DNA from: Haliotis cracherodii | Taxonomy: Eukaryota | Length of the DNA stretch: 64,000 bases | Direction of reading: 5' to 3' | Assembly (NCBI RefSeq): GCF_022045235.1 | Contig: NW_027266275.1 | Coordinates: 77,190,001-77,254,000, forward strand | In this document: piece after piece, positions 1 to 12,600 of the stretch | Layout of the letters: each line of letters starts with the position of its first letter | Position numbering within the stretch: the first letter of the stretch is position 1 | The notes under the pieces: model-generated | Database searches by the model: none | Told to the model about the DNA's origin: nothing | What the model saw: only the letters and a program-made list of their open reading frames with translations | Made by a program: the position numbers and the translations under genes

Positions 1-207
1 TTTTCGCAAAATCACAAAAAAGACAATAAACAGTTGAACAGTAATCTGTCATGTACACAAAATTACATTTTGTATATCCTACAAATGCATTGAGATTGTA
101 ATCTTGGGTACCGTATATATAATGGTAGCAAATGAATATTACATGTTCTTCCACTGCAGACATGTCTTTACAACGTATCTGACAACGTGACAGACATCGA
201 TGCTCAC

Positions 208-3200
208 CTGTACCCTGGTGGGAGGTCAGAGCCTCTGTTTGGATTGCACATATCTACATCCATGTCAATATCCATGAAATCTGAAATATACAAACATCCC
301 ACTAAGGCTGCTCATAATCCAGTGATATCCATCCTACACAGATTGAGAACTGACTATTAATAGTTTGTTATCCCTTGAACAAAACTTTCATCCACCTATG
401 CATCCAGCTTTTGACAATATTCTTATAAGTATACAATAAAGTAATAATTCAACATAAAATCAGTTAGCTGGTTCCTTGCATTTTGTGTCAATATTGATGA
501 CTTTTATTTCCGTTCCTAGTTTCAAATGATTCATGACTCACAAATGCATCACAAGTTACACTGTACTTATATCTGACCATCCTCTATTATACAGGATGTT
601 ATATTTCTCCATTCCACGAGAAATACCCTGGACCCATTCACAACCATAGCTTCGTTTTGAGTTCAGTTCCAGTCACACGACACAAAAAAACGGACGCCCA
701 AACAAACAACACAATATCACCAGTCTTTGTTACGTAGCATAAAACCTTCCTCCCCACTGCCTTACCTCTCACAAAAACATTTGTCAAGCTAAAAATTAAT
801 TAATAACAGACTTCTGATTTATCAAGGGCTCGCACAGTCGAGGCCATGATTTTGAATGTAGATCCTAGCCAAGCTATGGTGACGATTGGGTCCAGGGTAT
901 AATTATGTCATTATACGATTGGGTCCAGGGTATAATTATGTCATTATACGATTGGGTCCAGGATATAATTATGTCATTATACGATTGGGTCCAGGGTATA
1001 ATTATGTCATTATACGATTGGGTCCAGGGTATAATTATGTCATTATACCATTGGGTCCAGGGTATAATTATGTCATTATACCATTGGGTCCAGGGTATAA
1101 TTATGTCATTATATGATTGGGTCCAGGGTATAATTATGTCATAATAGAAGGGAGATGATCGAGGAGGACACCTGACTTCCACACTTACCTGTGTCTTTCC
1201 TTGAGAGTTTTTCCTCTGCAATTTCTGCCAGATAATCTTGCTGGACTTGCACAATCTCGGCACTGGTTTTACAGGCGACGTATCTCTCCAACAGAGCTTT
1301 GTTCACCTTGTAGAAGTTACTTCCCCACTTGAACTTTGACAAGAGAATTGTTCCTAGTTCCTTGAATCCTGTGGAATTTAACCAGATCCTGCAATTATTC
1401 TAATAAATAGTCATGGTAGATACTTTTGAAATAATTACAGTTTTTCTCATTCACAATCGGCAATTTACATGACATAACTTTAAGACTGAAGTTGGTTTCA
1501 ATATAAATTACAATTAAAACATCCCTAGAGTTTCCTGTGGCCATCATCCCTGGGATGTATGAACATGCGAAGAGTTACTTCCCTTAGAACATACACCAAA
1601 GCAATAAAACGTGTTTACATGAACTCAAGTCCACCTTCTTTAGCAATGTAAAATGTAAAGTAAGATGGTATCCCGTAAGTAAATATTGGGATGTAAATAG
1701 TGGGATGAAAATAGCGTAAAGTTTTAGAACAAGGATATAGCATACACATTAACTGTGAGGCATCACTGGGGCTGTATACCTGAGAATGCCTGCTGAGTTC
1801 AGACAGATAGTCCCCAGTATCCAATGCTTGTCATATTTGTGAGTGAGTTTGGTTTTAACGCCTCTTTGAACAATATTTCAGTCATATCACGGTGAGTCAG
1901 CTTGATGTGGGAGGAAAGCCTGAAGTGATGCAGCTCCTAAGATGCTTACCATATTGGTGAAACCCTCGAGCATGGGTATAACATTGACATATAGGAACAT
2001 AATCATCAGGAGTCTGGCATAGGTACCCACGATCACGGGTCCTTCTGTGCCAATTTACGAAGCCATCTTAGCACAAAGGTGAACATAACTCCCATACCTT
2101 AAGAAGACTTACGTCGGTTGTAGCGCCAAGGTTGTCTTTTACAACGGCTTCCTGGTGTTCCACAGGGACACAACTGCTTGTCATAATAATCATTTACCAG
2201 TTGGGATACAGCTGTAACAATGTGTCACCTAGTCCACCGGGGGTGGTCAGACCTGAATGGACACTGTTGTTTGTGCTATAAACTAAAGGTTTATCTGATC
2301 CAGACATGATATTTATCATACTATACAGGCTGCCAGGAGATACATGACTGCAGCATAAAACACTCACTCACTCCTACCTGTGAGATAGAAAGCAGCTGCA
2401 TATGCCTCTACACAAGACAGTTTGCATGGACGGCCATAGTTGACCAGGTTGGTAGCTATGAGATAGGGCAGAAGACGAGGGTGACCGGCCTTCATCTTGG
2501 AGAAGGGTGTGTCTTCCAATCTAGCCCAGGAACAGTCTACCACAGCCAAGCCGCTCTGAGCAATGATGTCACTGTAACCGAAAACCAAGAGATCATAAAT
2601 ATTTTTGAGAACAACAGTTATATGGATGAATGGTTTGTTTGTTGTTTATTGCCACACTCCGCAATATTCCAGCTATAAGATTGCAACCTGTAAATAATCA
2701 CATCTGGACAAGGCAATCCAGTGATTGACATTGCTGTAGTACAATGACACACATTCAATCAAGTGACTGAGCCTTCCGGTCCATTAAGTCACCTGACTCC
2801 CCTCTGACAACCAGCATAGGTTGCCCTGAACCTGGAATCCCAACTAGGAGTCATATGGGCAGATAGATGATAAGCTCTACTAGTTCACAGTTAATACGGT
2901 CCATCTATGTGAAGACAGCATCTTCCACATCGGCAAATATACAGTGAAGTCTCATAATCCGACAATCGGCTTTAATCGACACTAATGATGGGAATCGATT
3001 CAATAAGTGCTATTTAGAACGGTTAATCCGGCAGTCTCACACTCTGACACACCTAATTTGCAACGATTTACCAAAATCACTCATTAATCAGTCTTGTTAA
3101 TCCGACACAATGTATATTTCTTCATGACTATCCATTAGATTATGTACCAGAAAAAAGAACCACCTTACAATGGTCCCATCACAATGTAATATTTCAGTGT

Positions 3201-4064
3201 TCTTGACTGAAACTTGTAAACGACACACACCACTAACCTATCTTCTGGGGAGACACATCTCGTACCAACTGGTGTAAGCACTATTCCATCAAAGCGCTGC
3301 TGAAGTCTCAGTGTGCGGACATAGCCCAGTCGTCCTAGCTTCCTGCCCGAGCATTTCTTGGGGTCACACTGCTCCAAGTCCCACATTGCCAGGGGACACG
3401 GGAATTTGGCCTGAGCAGTGTCTGTGAGATGAACATGACATGTTTCATGGACAAATTGCTAAAATAATAGTTAAAAGTTAGCAAAATTCTAAACATCTTT
3501 GCATACATTGTATAGTTTGCAATACAGTCCAGCTTGATGCCAAGATAGATGAAGAAATATCCTTATTCAATAAAGAACTTATCATTTTTTAAATATCACG
3601 CTTATTCAATTATGAGTTCAGAAAAAAAAGAATGAGCTGAAAATGTGATAATTCTTCACAATCTAATGTCCAGTTAAATGCATAATCTAAGTTTGTTGTC
3701 ATTATGATAACGATTATGATCAAAGAATCTTAATAAGAGTCTACAACACTCTTAATAAGAGTCTACAACACATGATCATTATCAGAAATCATGGCACCAA
3801 TATTATTTAGCTGCATATCTGTTTGCAAATTTTGAGTAACATTTTATTCACATAAATTATGTGATTTATCATGTTAATAAATCCTATACTTATAAATCTA
3901 TAAGTATTACCATCAACAGCTGCTTGAAGATTTTCTGAAAATCTTTCTGGGTCAAATTTTGAAGTTCTGTTTTTCCGATGATCATTTTTTGAATGGTGAT
4001 GACTACCTCCCTTGCCTTGCTTCCCATGTGGTTTATCCTGCTTGTGACCTTTGCTCTTCCCCAT
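208..4064 (-). CDS. TSR3: 18S rRNA aminocarboxypropyltransferase Tsr3; 5 coding exons visible, last exon(s) probably left of the window
   Basis: Exons 4064-3911, 3421-3238, 2571-2378, 1368-1189, 280-208 with GT/AG ends and matching phases. Translation has [58 protein letters not shown] and [11 protein letters not shown], typical of Tsr3. Confidence 0.95.
880..1144. repeat. 33-bp minisatellite, ~8 copies, TSR3 intron 4
   Basis: Unit ttgggtccagggtataattatgtcattatacga; explains ORFs 874..1263, 886..1116 and 905..1144. Confidence 0.95.
1838..2010 (-). mobile_element. Partial copy of tRNA-derived SINE family A
   Basis: Shares gtcagcttgatgtgggaggaaagcctgaagtgatgcag and the (tgag)n tail with 4443-4722. 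Confidence 0.75.
2630..2850 (-). mobile_element. Degenerate copy of non-tRNA retroposon family B
   Basis: (gttt)n tail then gccacactccgcaatattccagctata, as in 57030-57269. Confidence 0.7.
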
Positions 4065-4442
4065 GATGACTTTTATAACCTTCAAAATAAACGCATGAAA
4101 AACAAAGATAAACAAAAAAGTGACAAAACAGTATTTCCGGAGAATAAAAGTAATATGTAACGTTACATAAAATCCATGTGATATAAACTCACTGTGCACT
4201 TAATAATGGTACAGAGGGCCATGCAGAGTATGTGTGCTTAATTCTCAGCACAGGTAATACAGAGAGTATACCCTGCATACACAAAATAAACACCAAAATC
4301 AGAAATGTACCCCAGCATGCTAATTTTGTGGGGGATGAGATAAACAGCACAATTGTGTAATACTGCAACTCAGTTTATGTCACCGTCAAAATGAAACTTG
4401 TTGTTATGCAATAATGAATTGTGAAAATATTTGTTTACAGGA

Positions 4443-4722
4443 GTGAGTGAGTGAGTTGGGCTTAACGCCACTTTTAACAATATTCCAGTTATATCGCGGT
4501 GTGTCAGCTTAATGTGGGAGGAAAGCCCGAAGTGATGCAGGTCTAAGACGTTTACCACTTCGGTGAAACCCACGAGCACGGGTATGGTGCTGACAAACCT
4601 AGAAACATAATCGGGGTGAACCGGGATTCGAACCCACAATCATAGGTTTCTGGCGTGCCCAAGGGACGCAACTCTGCACAGCGAATCGCGGCGCCTTAGA
4701 CGACTGGGCCACCCGTGCCCCC
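4443..4722 (-). mobile_element. Full-length tRNA-derived SINE (family A) with target-site duplication (TSD)
   Basis: Minus strand has A-box-like gtggcccagtcgtctaagg, B-box ggttcgaatccc and a (ctca)n tail; 12-bp TSD ttgtttacagga at 4431-4442 and 4723-4734. Confidence 0.9.
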
Positions 4723-5112
4723 TTGTTTACAGGAAGGTACCAGTGATACATTCTGGAGTACGTGTACCAATAACGACCCTAACCGGCTCTGATAATAGCA
4801 TAGAATAGCAAGAGCGAGCGAGAATAGCATAGGTTCTTTAACCTAAAATCTTTCAGCGGGAATATGAATAAACATTTTGGTTTAGATTGAGGGTCTGTCA
4901 TGTCATGCATGGTCTGTCTAAATTATGTTTACCCAGTGAAACTAGATTCCTCCTTGTCAATTTCCTGTTATCATCTGCTTATGTTGTTAAATATCGTAGA
5001 TATGTGACAAACAAACACTAAAGAGGGCCACTGTTGTTGTGCAATGTGATCAGTGGTTGATACAAAATATGATCACATTTCAACACTATGCAACATCGTG
5101 TTTGGGCAACAT

Positions 5113-5140
5113 GGGCGCCGCCATCTTTACGTCACGTGAC
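5113..5140. promoter_or_regulatory. Probable core of the TSR3/GNPTG bidirectional promoter: YY1-type site plus CLEAR/E-box
   Basis: gccgccatctt (reverse AAGATGGCGGC) at 5117-5127 and palindrome GTCACGTGAC at 5131-5140, between the divergent start codons. Confidence 0.65.
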
Positions 5141-5441
5141 AAAACATTACCTGAAAGATAAAAAAATTACAAACTAGATTGAAATTTAACGTGTCATGCA
5201 TATGTATATATTCTTCAAATAAAATCAATTGTTAGTATACACTACAACATGATTGTTAGGGTTTACTCATTGATCTCGTAAAATATCGTTTAGTCGTGAT
5301 GAAAACAAACGACGAATTCTGAATTCTCCGTACAGGGGTGATAGGATTCACATAAACATGGAAATCAGTAGTTATTACCTCTATGATTGAAGTTGAGAGT
5401 TTAGAGATTGGCCACATGACTGACTAAACACGGTCGAAGCA

Positions 5442-8400
5442 ATGGGGCTTAGATTTGTTGTGACGTTAATATTTATTTTATCCTTTGTTAAAAAAGGTAT
5501 TCATAATGTTCATTATTCCAACTTTGCTATCTGGCAAAACTCCGTCTCGGTGCAATTATTGTCACGTGGATTACTGAGTACTTTGATTATGCTTGTTGTT
5601 GTGATTGTGTTTGTGATGCTGGCTTACTTTACCATGTGTAAACACACACGCATGCACACAAACACACACTTGAAATTTCACTTCCTCTCAGCTCTGCTGT
5701 GAGATAGCAGGATGTACCGCTTACCGAATTTAAACACCATGTACACACTCTGGGAAAGCAGATAATAGTAATTGAATGTCATGCAGACCAGGGTCTTATC
5801 AGACAGGGGAGGTGAAAACAAGCAACTTTTATGAAACTGGTCTTACTGTTAAAAGGGTGTTGTGCAAAAGGTTACTCACTTTCTAAGTATCCACTTTAAC
5901 CTTTCAAAGTTTGGTTGTTTCATGATTTTAATTCCCATGGTTACAATGATATTTCTTCCTTACCAGATGTCTTCGGTAATATGGTCAGCATGAAGATAGT
6001 CGATGAACCCTCAAGCTATGGGTGAGTACCAGAACTACAATGTTGTATTTGACTTTTTGACGAAGTATTAGTGTTAATATGCTGTATTAATAATTGCATC
6101 ATTCTTCAAGTGACATGCAGTGACAACCATCCCCAAGTCCCATGTTGTTAATTGCTATTGGACCCGTGAAGATCCGGGGTAGAATAGGTCTTCAGCAACC
6201 CATGCTTGCTGTAAAAAGCGATTATCGTGTCTTAAGAGGGATCAGGTGGTCAGGCTCTATGACTTGATTGATGCATGTCATATCACTGGGTTGTCTGGTC
6301 CAGACTCGATTATTCACAGACTGACGTCATATAGCTGGAATATTGCTGAGAGCGCCATTAAACAACAAACAAACAACAGACAAACAATGGCTAGTGACGT
6401 GTACTGTATTATCTTCCATTCCCTTTTGACAGTTTAAGCAACAGTTTTGGTGGCCTGTACCAGTCCCAGGAAGACAAGCTGCAGATGAGGGTTCATCCAG
6501 CCAACTTCTCGGGCCCTGCTCATCTCAAGAGGCTGGTGGGGAAGTGCTTCAGTCTTGTGGACAACAGGTCAGTTCTCACATCCTGTACCGTAGTCTTGAC
6601 AGCATTGGCCATGTTTTTGAGCACGACCCCACCACCTCTTCATGTATTTTGGATCTCAATTTTAAATCTGAACACCAGTTTGAAAAAAATCTCTTTGTGA
6701 TCAATGAGCTGTGAATGTAGCTCACCTGGACCAGCCTAGATGGCAGCCAAGTCGCCCAGTAACAGCTGTTATAAATTAGACAATTAGCGCCTTATTAGTT
6801 ATTCTTTTTTTATTGTTTGGTATATATCAACGGGAGGTCAGTGGTTATTTAGTCCAATGCCCAGTTACATAGATAGAGACTTCAGCATGATCATGATGAT
6901 TAATGTTTAATAACTTGGCACCAAATTGTTTTCGTGACAAAGAAATTTATTTCATACACTTCTCAAGTATGTCAGCTGTGATTTAGACCTGTCATTACAG
7001 TCCTATGATGTCTGTTGGACTATTGTAATTTTGTGGAAGTTGAGTCACCTCATTGTCAGCCACAGCCACTGTACATGCAGTCATGGCAACAATTGTAGTC
7101 GTAAGGCCACAGTTTCTGTTCTGTACATTTCCTTGTGTCTGTTTCCAGCTATAAGTATGAGTTCTGTCCCTTCTACAACGTGACCCAGCATGAGCAGAGC
7201 CTGAGATGGAATCCATACAGCGGAGTTCTGGGGTAAGCTGTGATGTGGAGCTTACAGTACACAGTACTGGCATGGGAAATGTTCTACAGTATCATACCAT
7301 ATTAGTCATGCCCGGTTCCAATACACACCCCCTGACTAACTTCTAGACCAATCTGTAAGTAATCTTTTGAGTATCACCTGCAAAGACCAAAAAGATTCAT
7401 TACAGTCTTTATTTCTTGAGTATATTAGAGGTTATTTTTTATAGAAGACTGTGCAGAAGGGGTATATAATTATATAATTGCCTTGTAACTGTTATCTAAA
7501 ATGTGTTTGTGTTATCAACATTTGAATCTCTGAAAACAGATTTAGCTTGTTGAGTATGGTTTAATAAGCGCTGTGTTTTTAAGCAACCTGAAATAATGCC
7601 GATGCAGCTTTAAATTTTAACTCACTCTAAGCAACCTGGGCACTTATGACAAATATGGTGTTTAGTATTCAAATCATTGACAATATACACCAGGTAAATG
7701 TGTGTCTTGTTTGCAGTGTTGACATGATTCATTTAATTTAAATTTACAAGTTTACATGCAGTTGTTTAGGACTTGTAAACAGGATCGAATTACCTGTATG
7801 TACATGAATCTCCTGTTCACAGTACTTGTTCTTCAAGTGTACAACAGCTTTGCATCAATGATGATTACAATATAGGGTGGTTAATACAATACATCTAGCA
7901 AATTGTTTTGTATGTTATATCATGTGATAGGGGTGAGTTACAAGTTTAAATGTCATTTCCACAACGATGTGCTTTAAATCATATTCAGTAAAGGGTGAAA
8001 AAAGATACTTTTTCTGATTTATCAATAAGAAATAAAGTGAGATTTAACTAAGTTTAAGCAGTGAAATAAATAAATATTTAACCCGAAACTAAACCTAAGA
8101 AAAAATGCGTCAGGTAAGAAAGGCATTGAAGTTGTGTGAGTCCATGAAGTGTTGATGATATCTGTTTGTTTGACTGACAGAGGGTATCAGGAGTGGGAGA
8201 TCGAGAACAACACATTCCACGCCATGGTGATGAGGGAGGGCGATGCATGTGGAGAAATATTCCGATCAGTGAAGGTTAGTGTCACATGCCACAGAGGGGA
8301 CGGAAGGAACTCTGTGATGTATGTCCATGTTATTGTCCGTCCCCAGTTACAGTAGGCTTACATGACACATCACTAGAGTTACTCTGCTCACATCTCTCTC

Positions 8401-11400
8401 ATAGATTCTAGACAAGAAATAACATCCTGACTTGTGGGCAACTTTTAGAACTAAAGAATTCAAGGTCACATGCCCATAGAAGACTGTAATAGTCGATACA
8501 GGACACCTATCAATATGTTCAAGTAGAAAGTTCATTCATGAACTGTTACAGTGTTTTTGTGATGGAACATGTTGCATGTTATTCTCATGATTCCGAGAGT
8601 GACACCTGGTGAACTACTTTGGCGACTTTTTTTATATTTCTTGGTTTACGGATGCGCCACTCTTTCAAGGTCCAAATGTTGAAAAAACATAAAAATACAT
8701 ATTACTCTTTTTTTGTTACCGCAGATCTTTACTTTGAGAAATGCATATAAAGTTCAAACAAAAAAGATTTTGTTTCCTTGTTGAGTGTAAAGCAAAGGGA
8801 AGTCACTCTAATATTTCTAGCTGGGATCCTTCTCTGATACCATCAAAGTGTGTCAAAGCAAAGCACAGTGGTAACCAGTTTAATCGTTGTCCATGCTGCC
8901 AAAATGGCGACGTCTTTCATGCATTTCACCATGACATGAATATTCTTATGTTGCCATTTGTGCACAAGCTGTGTGCCAGGGGCATAATGAAATGTACTTG
9001 AGTTGTATACTGAGTTGCTTTCTTTCGTTACTCCAGAATATTTTTTTAAAGATGTACCTACCTAACATTTTAGGACAAAAGTCAAGTAAAGAAAATTGAG
9101 GAGTTTTTTTTGTTTTTTTTAATTTGCCAGCTCACTATTGAAATGAGTTTGAAATCCGTAAACCAAGAAATTAAAAAGAATGTCGCCATACTGGTGTTTG
9201 AAAAGTTGAATTGCAGTAAGCTCACAATTCCTAACATATGTTTTACACATTTATGCAAAGTTAGACTACAATGTCTTCCCCTGCTTGTTGTCAGGTGTTC
9301 TTCAGGTGCAGCAACCACAGCCATGTCACTAAAGTGTCCGAGCCTCACACCTGTCAGTATCACATGGACTTCCTGACCCCCCTGGTCTGCCACAACCACT
9401 CCATGCTGGTGTACCCCACCCTAGCGCGGGAACTGCAGGGGGAGTGGGACAGGGTTGAGGGGGAGCTTGTCAGGGAGGAAATTACTCAACAGGTAAGACA
9501 TGTGTTGGTATGCATCATGGTGAAGGAATATTGGGAATTCTTTGTCTAGAGTTCTGTCCCTTAGCCATGCCAGAAACCTGTGATTGTTAGTTTAAATCTC
9601 AGATTTGCCCTGAATACAATATAACTGAAATACTTCCACATTAAGCTGACACACTGTGATAAAACTGAAATACTGTTTAAAGCAGCATTACACCAAAACT
9701 TGATGACTATAAGAATTTGGATGTTGAACATTTGAGCACAACACAATTTAGATCAATATGTTTGCTCTATCAGTCTATAGCTGTTGTTGTTTTTCTTCAT
9801 GTCTCTAAAGTATGATGTTTTTATTATGGCATTCATTGTGAATGGTTAATGGTGTGTCTGTTTCAGGGCTACAAGAAAAAATTACGAAAAATATTTGAAG
9901 ATGCTGGATATTATCTGTCAAAAGAAAAACATAAAATACTTTCCAAAGTACCAGAGATTAAAAAGGAAGAACCAGCTAAGCCTGTGGAGGAGCCAAAGGG
10001 AGAGTTCTCATCGATGCAAAAATGTACAGAGGTAAGTATGTATAGCTTACACAACATGCTCTATGTTGACCAACTGACATATTGCTGACCCGTGACATTA
10101 CAGACAGATTGCTGACCTGTGACATGACTGGTAGATTGCTGAGCTGTGAAGTGACTGACAGATTGCTGACCCGTGACATGACTGGTAGATTGCTGAGCTG
10201 TGAAGTGACTGACAGATTGCTGACCTGTGACATGACTGGTAGATTGCTGACCTGTGACATGACTGACAGATTGCTGACCTGTGACATGAGAGACAGATTG
10301 CTGACCTGTGACATGACTGACAGATTGCTGACCTGTGACATGACTGACAGATTGCTGACCTGTGACATGAGAGACAGATTGCTGACCTGTGAAATGAGAG
10401 ACAGATTGCTGACCTGTGACATGACTGGTAGATTGCTGACCTGTGACAGACTGCTCACCTGTCATAACTTACACAACATGCTGTACATTGACCAACTGTG
10501 ACAGATTGCTGACCTGTGACATGTCTGGTAGATTGCTGACCTGTGACATGACAGACAGATTGCTGACCTGTGACATGAGAGACAGATTGCTGACCTGTGA
10601 CATGAGAGACAGATTGCTGACCTGTGACGTGACTGACAGATTGCTGACCTGTGACATGAGAGACAGATTGCTGACCTGTGACGTGACTGACAGATTGCTG
10701 ACCTGTGACATGAGAGACAGATTGCTGACCTGTGACGTGACTGACAGATTGCTGACCTGTGACGTGACTGGTAGATTGCTGACCTGTGACAGTTTGCTGA
10801 CCTGTGACGTGACTGACAGATTGCTGACCTGTGACGTGACTGGTAGATTGCTGACCTGTGACAGTTTGCTGACCTGTGACGTGACTGACAGATTGCTGAC
10901 CTGTGACGTGACTGGTAGATTGCTGACCTGTGACATGAGAGACAGATTGCTGACCTGTGACATGAGAGACAGATTGCTCACATGTGACGTGACTGACAGA
11001 TTGCTGACCTGTGACGTGATTGACAGATTGCTGACCTGTGACGTGACTGATCGATTGCTGACCTGTGACATGAGAGACAGACTGCTGACCTGTGACATGA
11101 CAGACAGATTGCTGACCTGTGACATGACAGACAGATTGCTGACCTGTGACATGACTGATTGCTGACCTGTGACGTGACTGATAGATTGCTGACCTGTGAC
11201 GTGACTGACAGATTGCTGACCTGTGACGGGACTGATAAATTGCTGACCTGTGATGTGACATGACAGATTGCTGACCTGTGACGTGACTGACAGATTGCTG
11301 ACCTGTGATGTGACAGATTGCTGACCTGTGACATGACAGATTGCTGACCTGTGACATGACAGATTGCTGACCTGTGACCTGACTGATAGATTGCTGACCT

Positions 11401-12600
11401 GTGATGTGACTGACAGATTGCTGACCTGTGACATGACAGATTGCTGACCTGTGACGTGACTGATCGATTGCTGACCTGTGACGTGACTGATTGCTGACCT
11501 GTGACTGACAGATTGCTGACCTGTGACATGACAGATTGCTGACCTGTGACGTGACTGAACGATTGCTGACCTGTGACGTGACTGATTGCTGACCTGTGAC
11601 TGACAGATTGTTTTACCTGTGATGTGACAGACAGATTGCTGACCTGTGATGTGACTGACAGATTGCTGACCTGTGACATGACTTATAGATTGCTGACCTG
11701 TGACATGACAGATTGCTGACCTGTGACGTGACCGGTAGATTGCTGACCTGTGACATGACTTGTAGATTGCTGACCTGTGACATGACTTATAGATTGCTGA
11801 CCTGTGACATGACCAGTAGATTGCTGACTTGTGACGTGACTGATAGATTGCTGACCTGTGACATGACCAGTAGATTGCTGACTTGTGACGTGACTGATAG
11901 ATTGCTGACCTGTGACGTGACTGATAGATTGCTGACCTGTGACGTGACTGACAGATTGCTGACCTGTGACATGACAGATTGCTGACCTGTGACAGATTGC
12001 TGACCTGTGACGTGACAGATTGCTGACCTGTGACATGACTGATAGATTGCTGACCTGTGACGTGACTGATAGATTGCTGACCTGTGACATGACAGATTGC
12101 TGACCTGTGACATGACTGATAGATTGCTGACCTGTGACATGACTGGTAGATTGCTGACCTGTGACATGACTGACAGATTGCTGACCTGTGACTTACAGAT
12201 TGCTGACCTGTGACATGACTGATAGATTGCTGACCTGTGACGTGACTGATAGATTGCTGACCTGTGACGTGACTGACAGATTGCTGACCTGTGACGTGAC
12301 TGACAGATTGCTGACCTGTGACATGACTGGTAGATTGCTGACCTGTAACGTGACTGATAGATTGCTGACCTGTGACGTGACTGACAGATTGCTGACCTGT
12401 GACGTGACTGACAGATTGCTGAAAGACTCTGTGAGACAAAGGTGTGTCATTCTGTTTTACAGGAAGTCACCAAGTTACGAGAGGAGCTTGCCCAGCTGAA
12501 AGAAGGGCTGCTAGTACGAGGGATCAAGGAGTTCGAGCTAAGTAATAATAAAGGTGAGGAGGTCAAGGGAGGTGATAACTCCAGCATAATCCGTGTGTAA
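5442..12600 (+). CDS. GNPTG: N-acetylglucosamine-1-phosphotransferase subunit gamma (MRH domain), 8 exons
   Basis: Exons 5442-5496, 5967-6021, 6433-6567, 7149-7232, 8181-8274, 9295-9492, 9867-10031, 12463-12600 (TAA), all GT/AG and in phase. Hydrophobic signal peptide, then [69 protein letters not shown] and IFEDAGY, matching GNPTG. Confidence 0.95.
6161..6385 (+). mobile_element. Non-tRNA retroposon family B, full 5' head, internally deleted
   Basis: Starts gacccgtgaagatccggggtagaataggtcttcagcaacccatgc; ends gctggaatattgctgag...ttaaacaacaaacaaac. Confidence 0.85.
10073..12421. repeat. 27-bp minisatellite (with 23- and 19-bp variants) filling GNPTG intron 7
   Basis: Unit gacagattgctgacctgtgacatgact over ~2.35 kb; source of the low-complexity ORFs between 9976 and 12499. 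Confidence 0.97.

Noticed and set aside
874-1263. Repetitive ORFs ([11 protein letters not shown] etc.)
   Set aside because: Translations of the 33-bp intronic minisatellite.
4600-4722. tRNA gene
   Set aside because: A/B boxes belong to a SINE with body, tail and TSD; no complete cloverleaf. Same for 15238, 18050-18143, 46798 and 63905.
9976-12499. Long ORFs up to 656 aa ([13 protein letters not shown] repeats)
   Set aside because: Stop-poor readings of a 27-bp satellite inside GNPTG intron 7, open in several frames on both strands.
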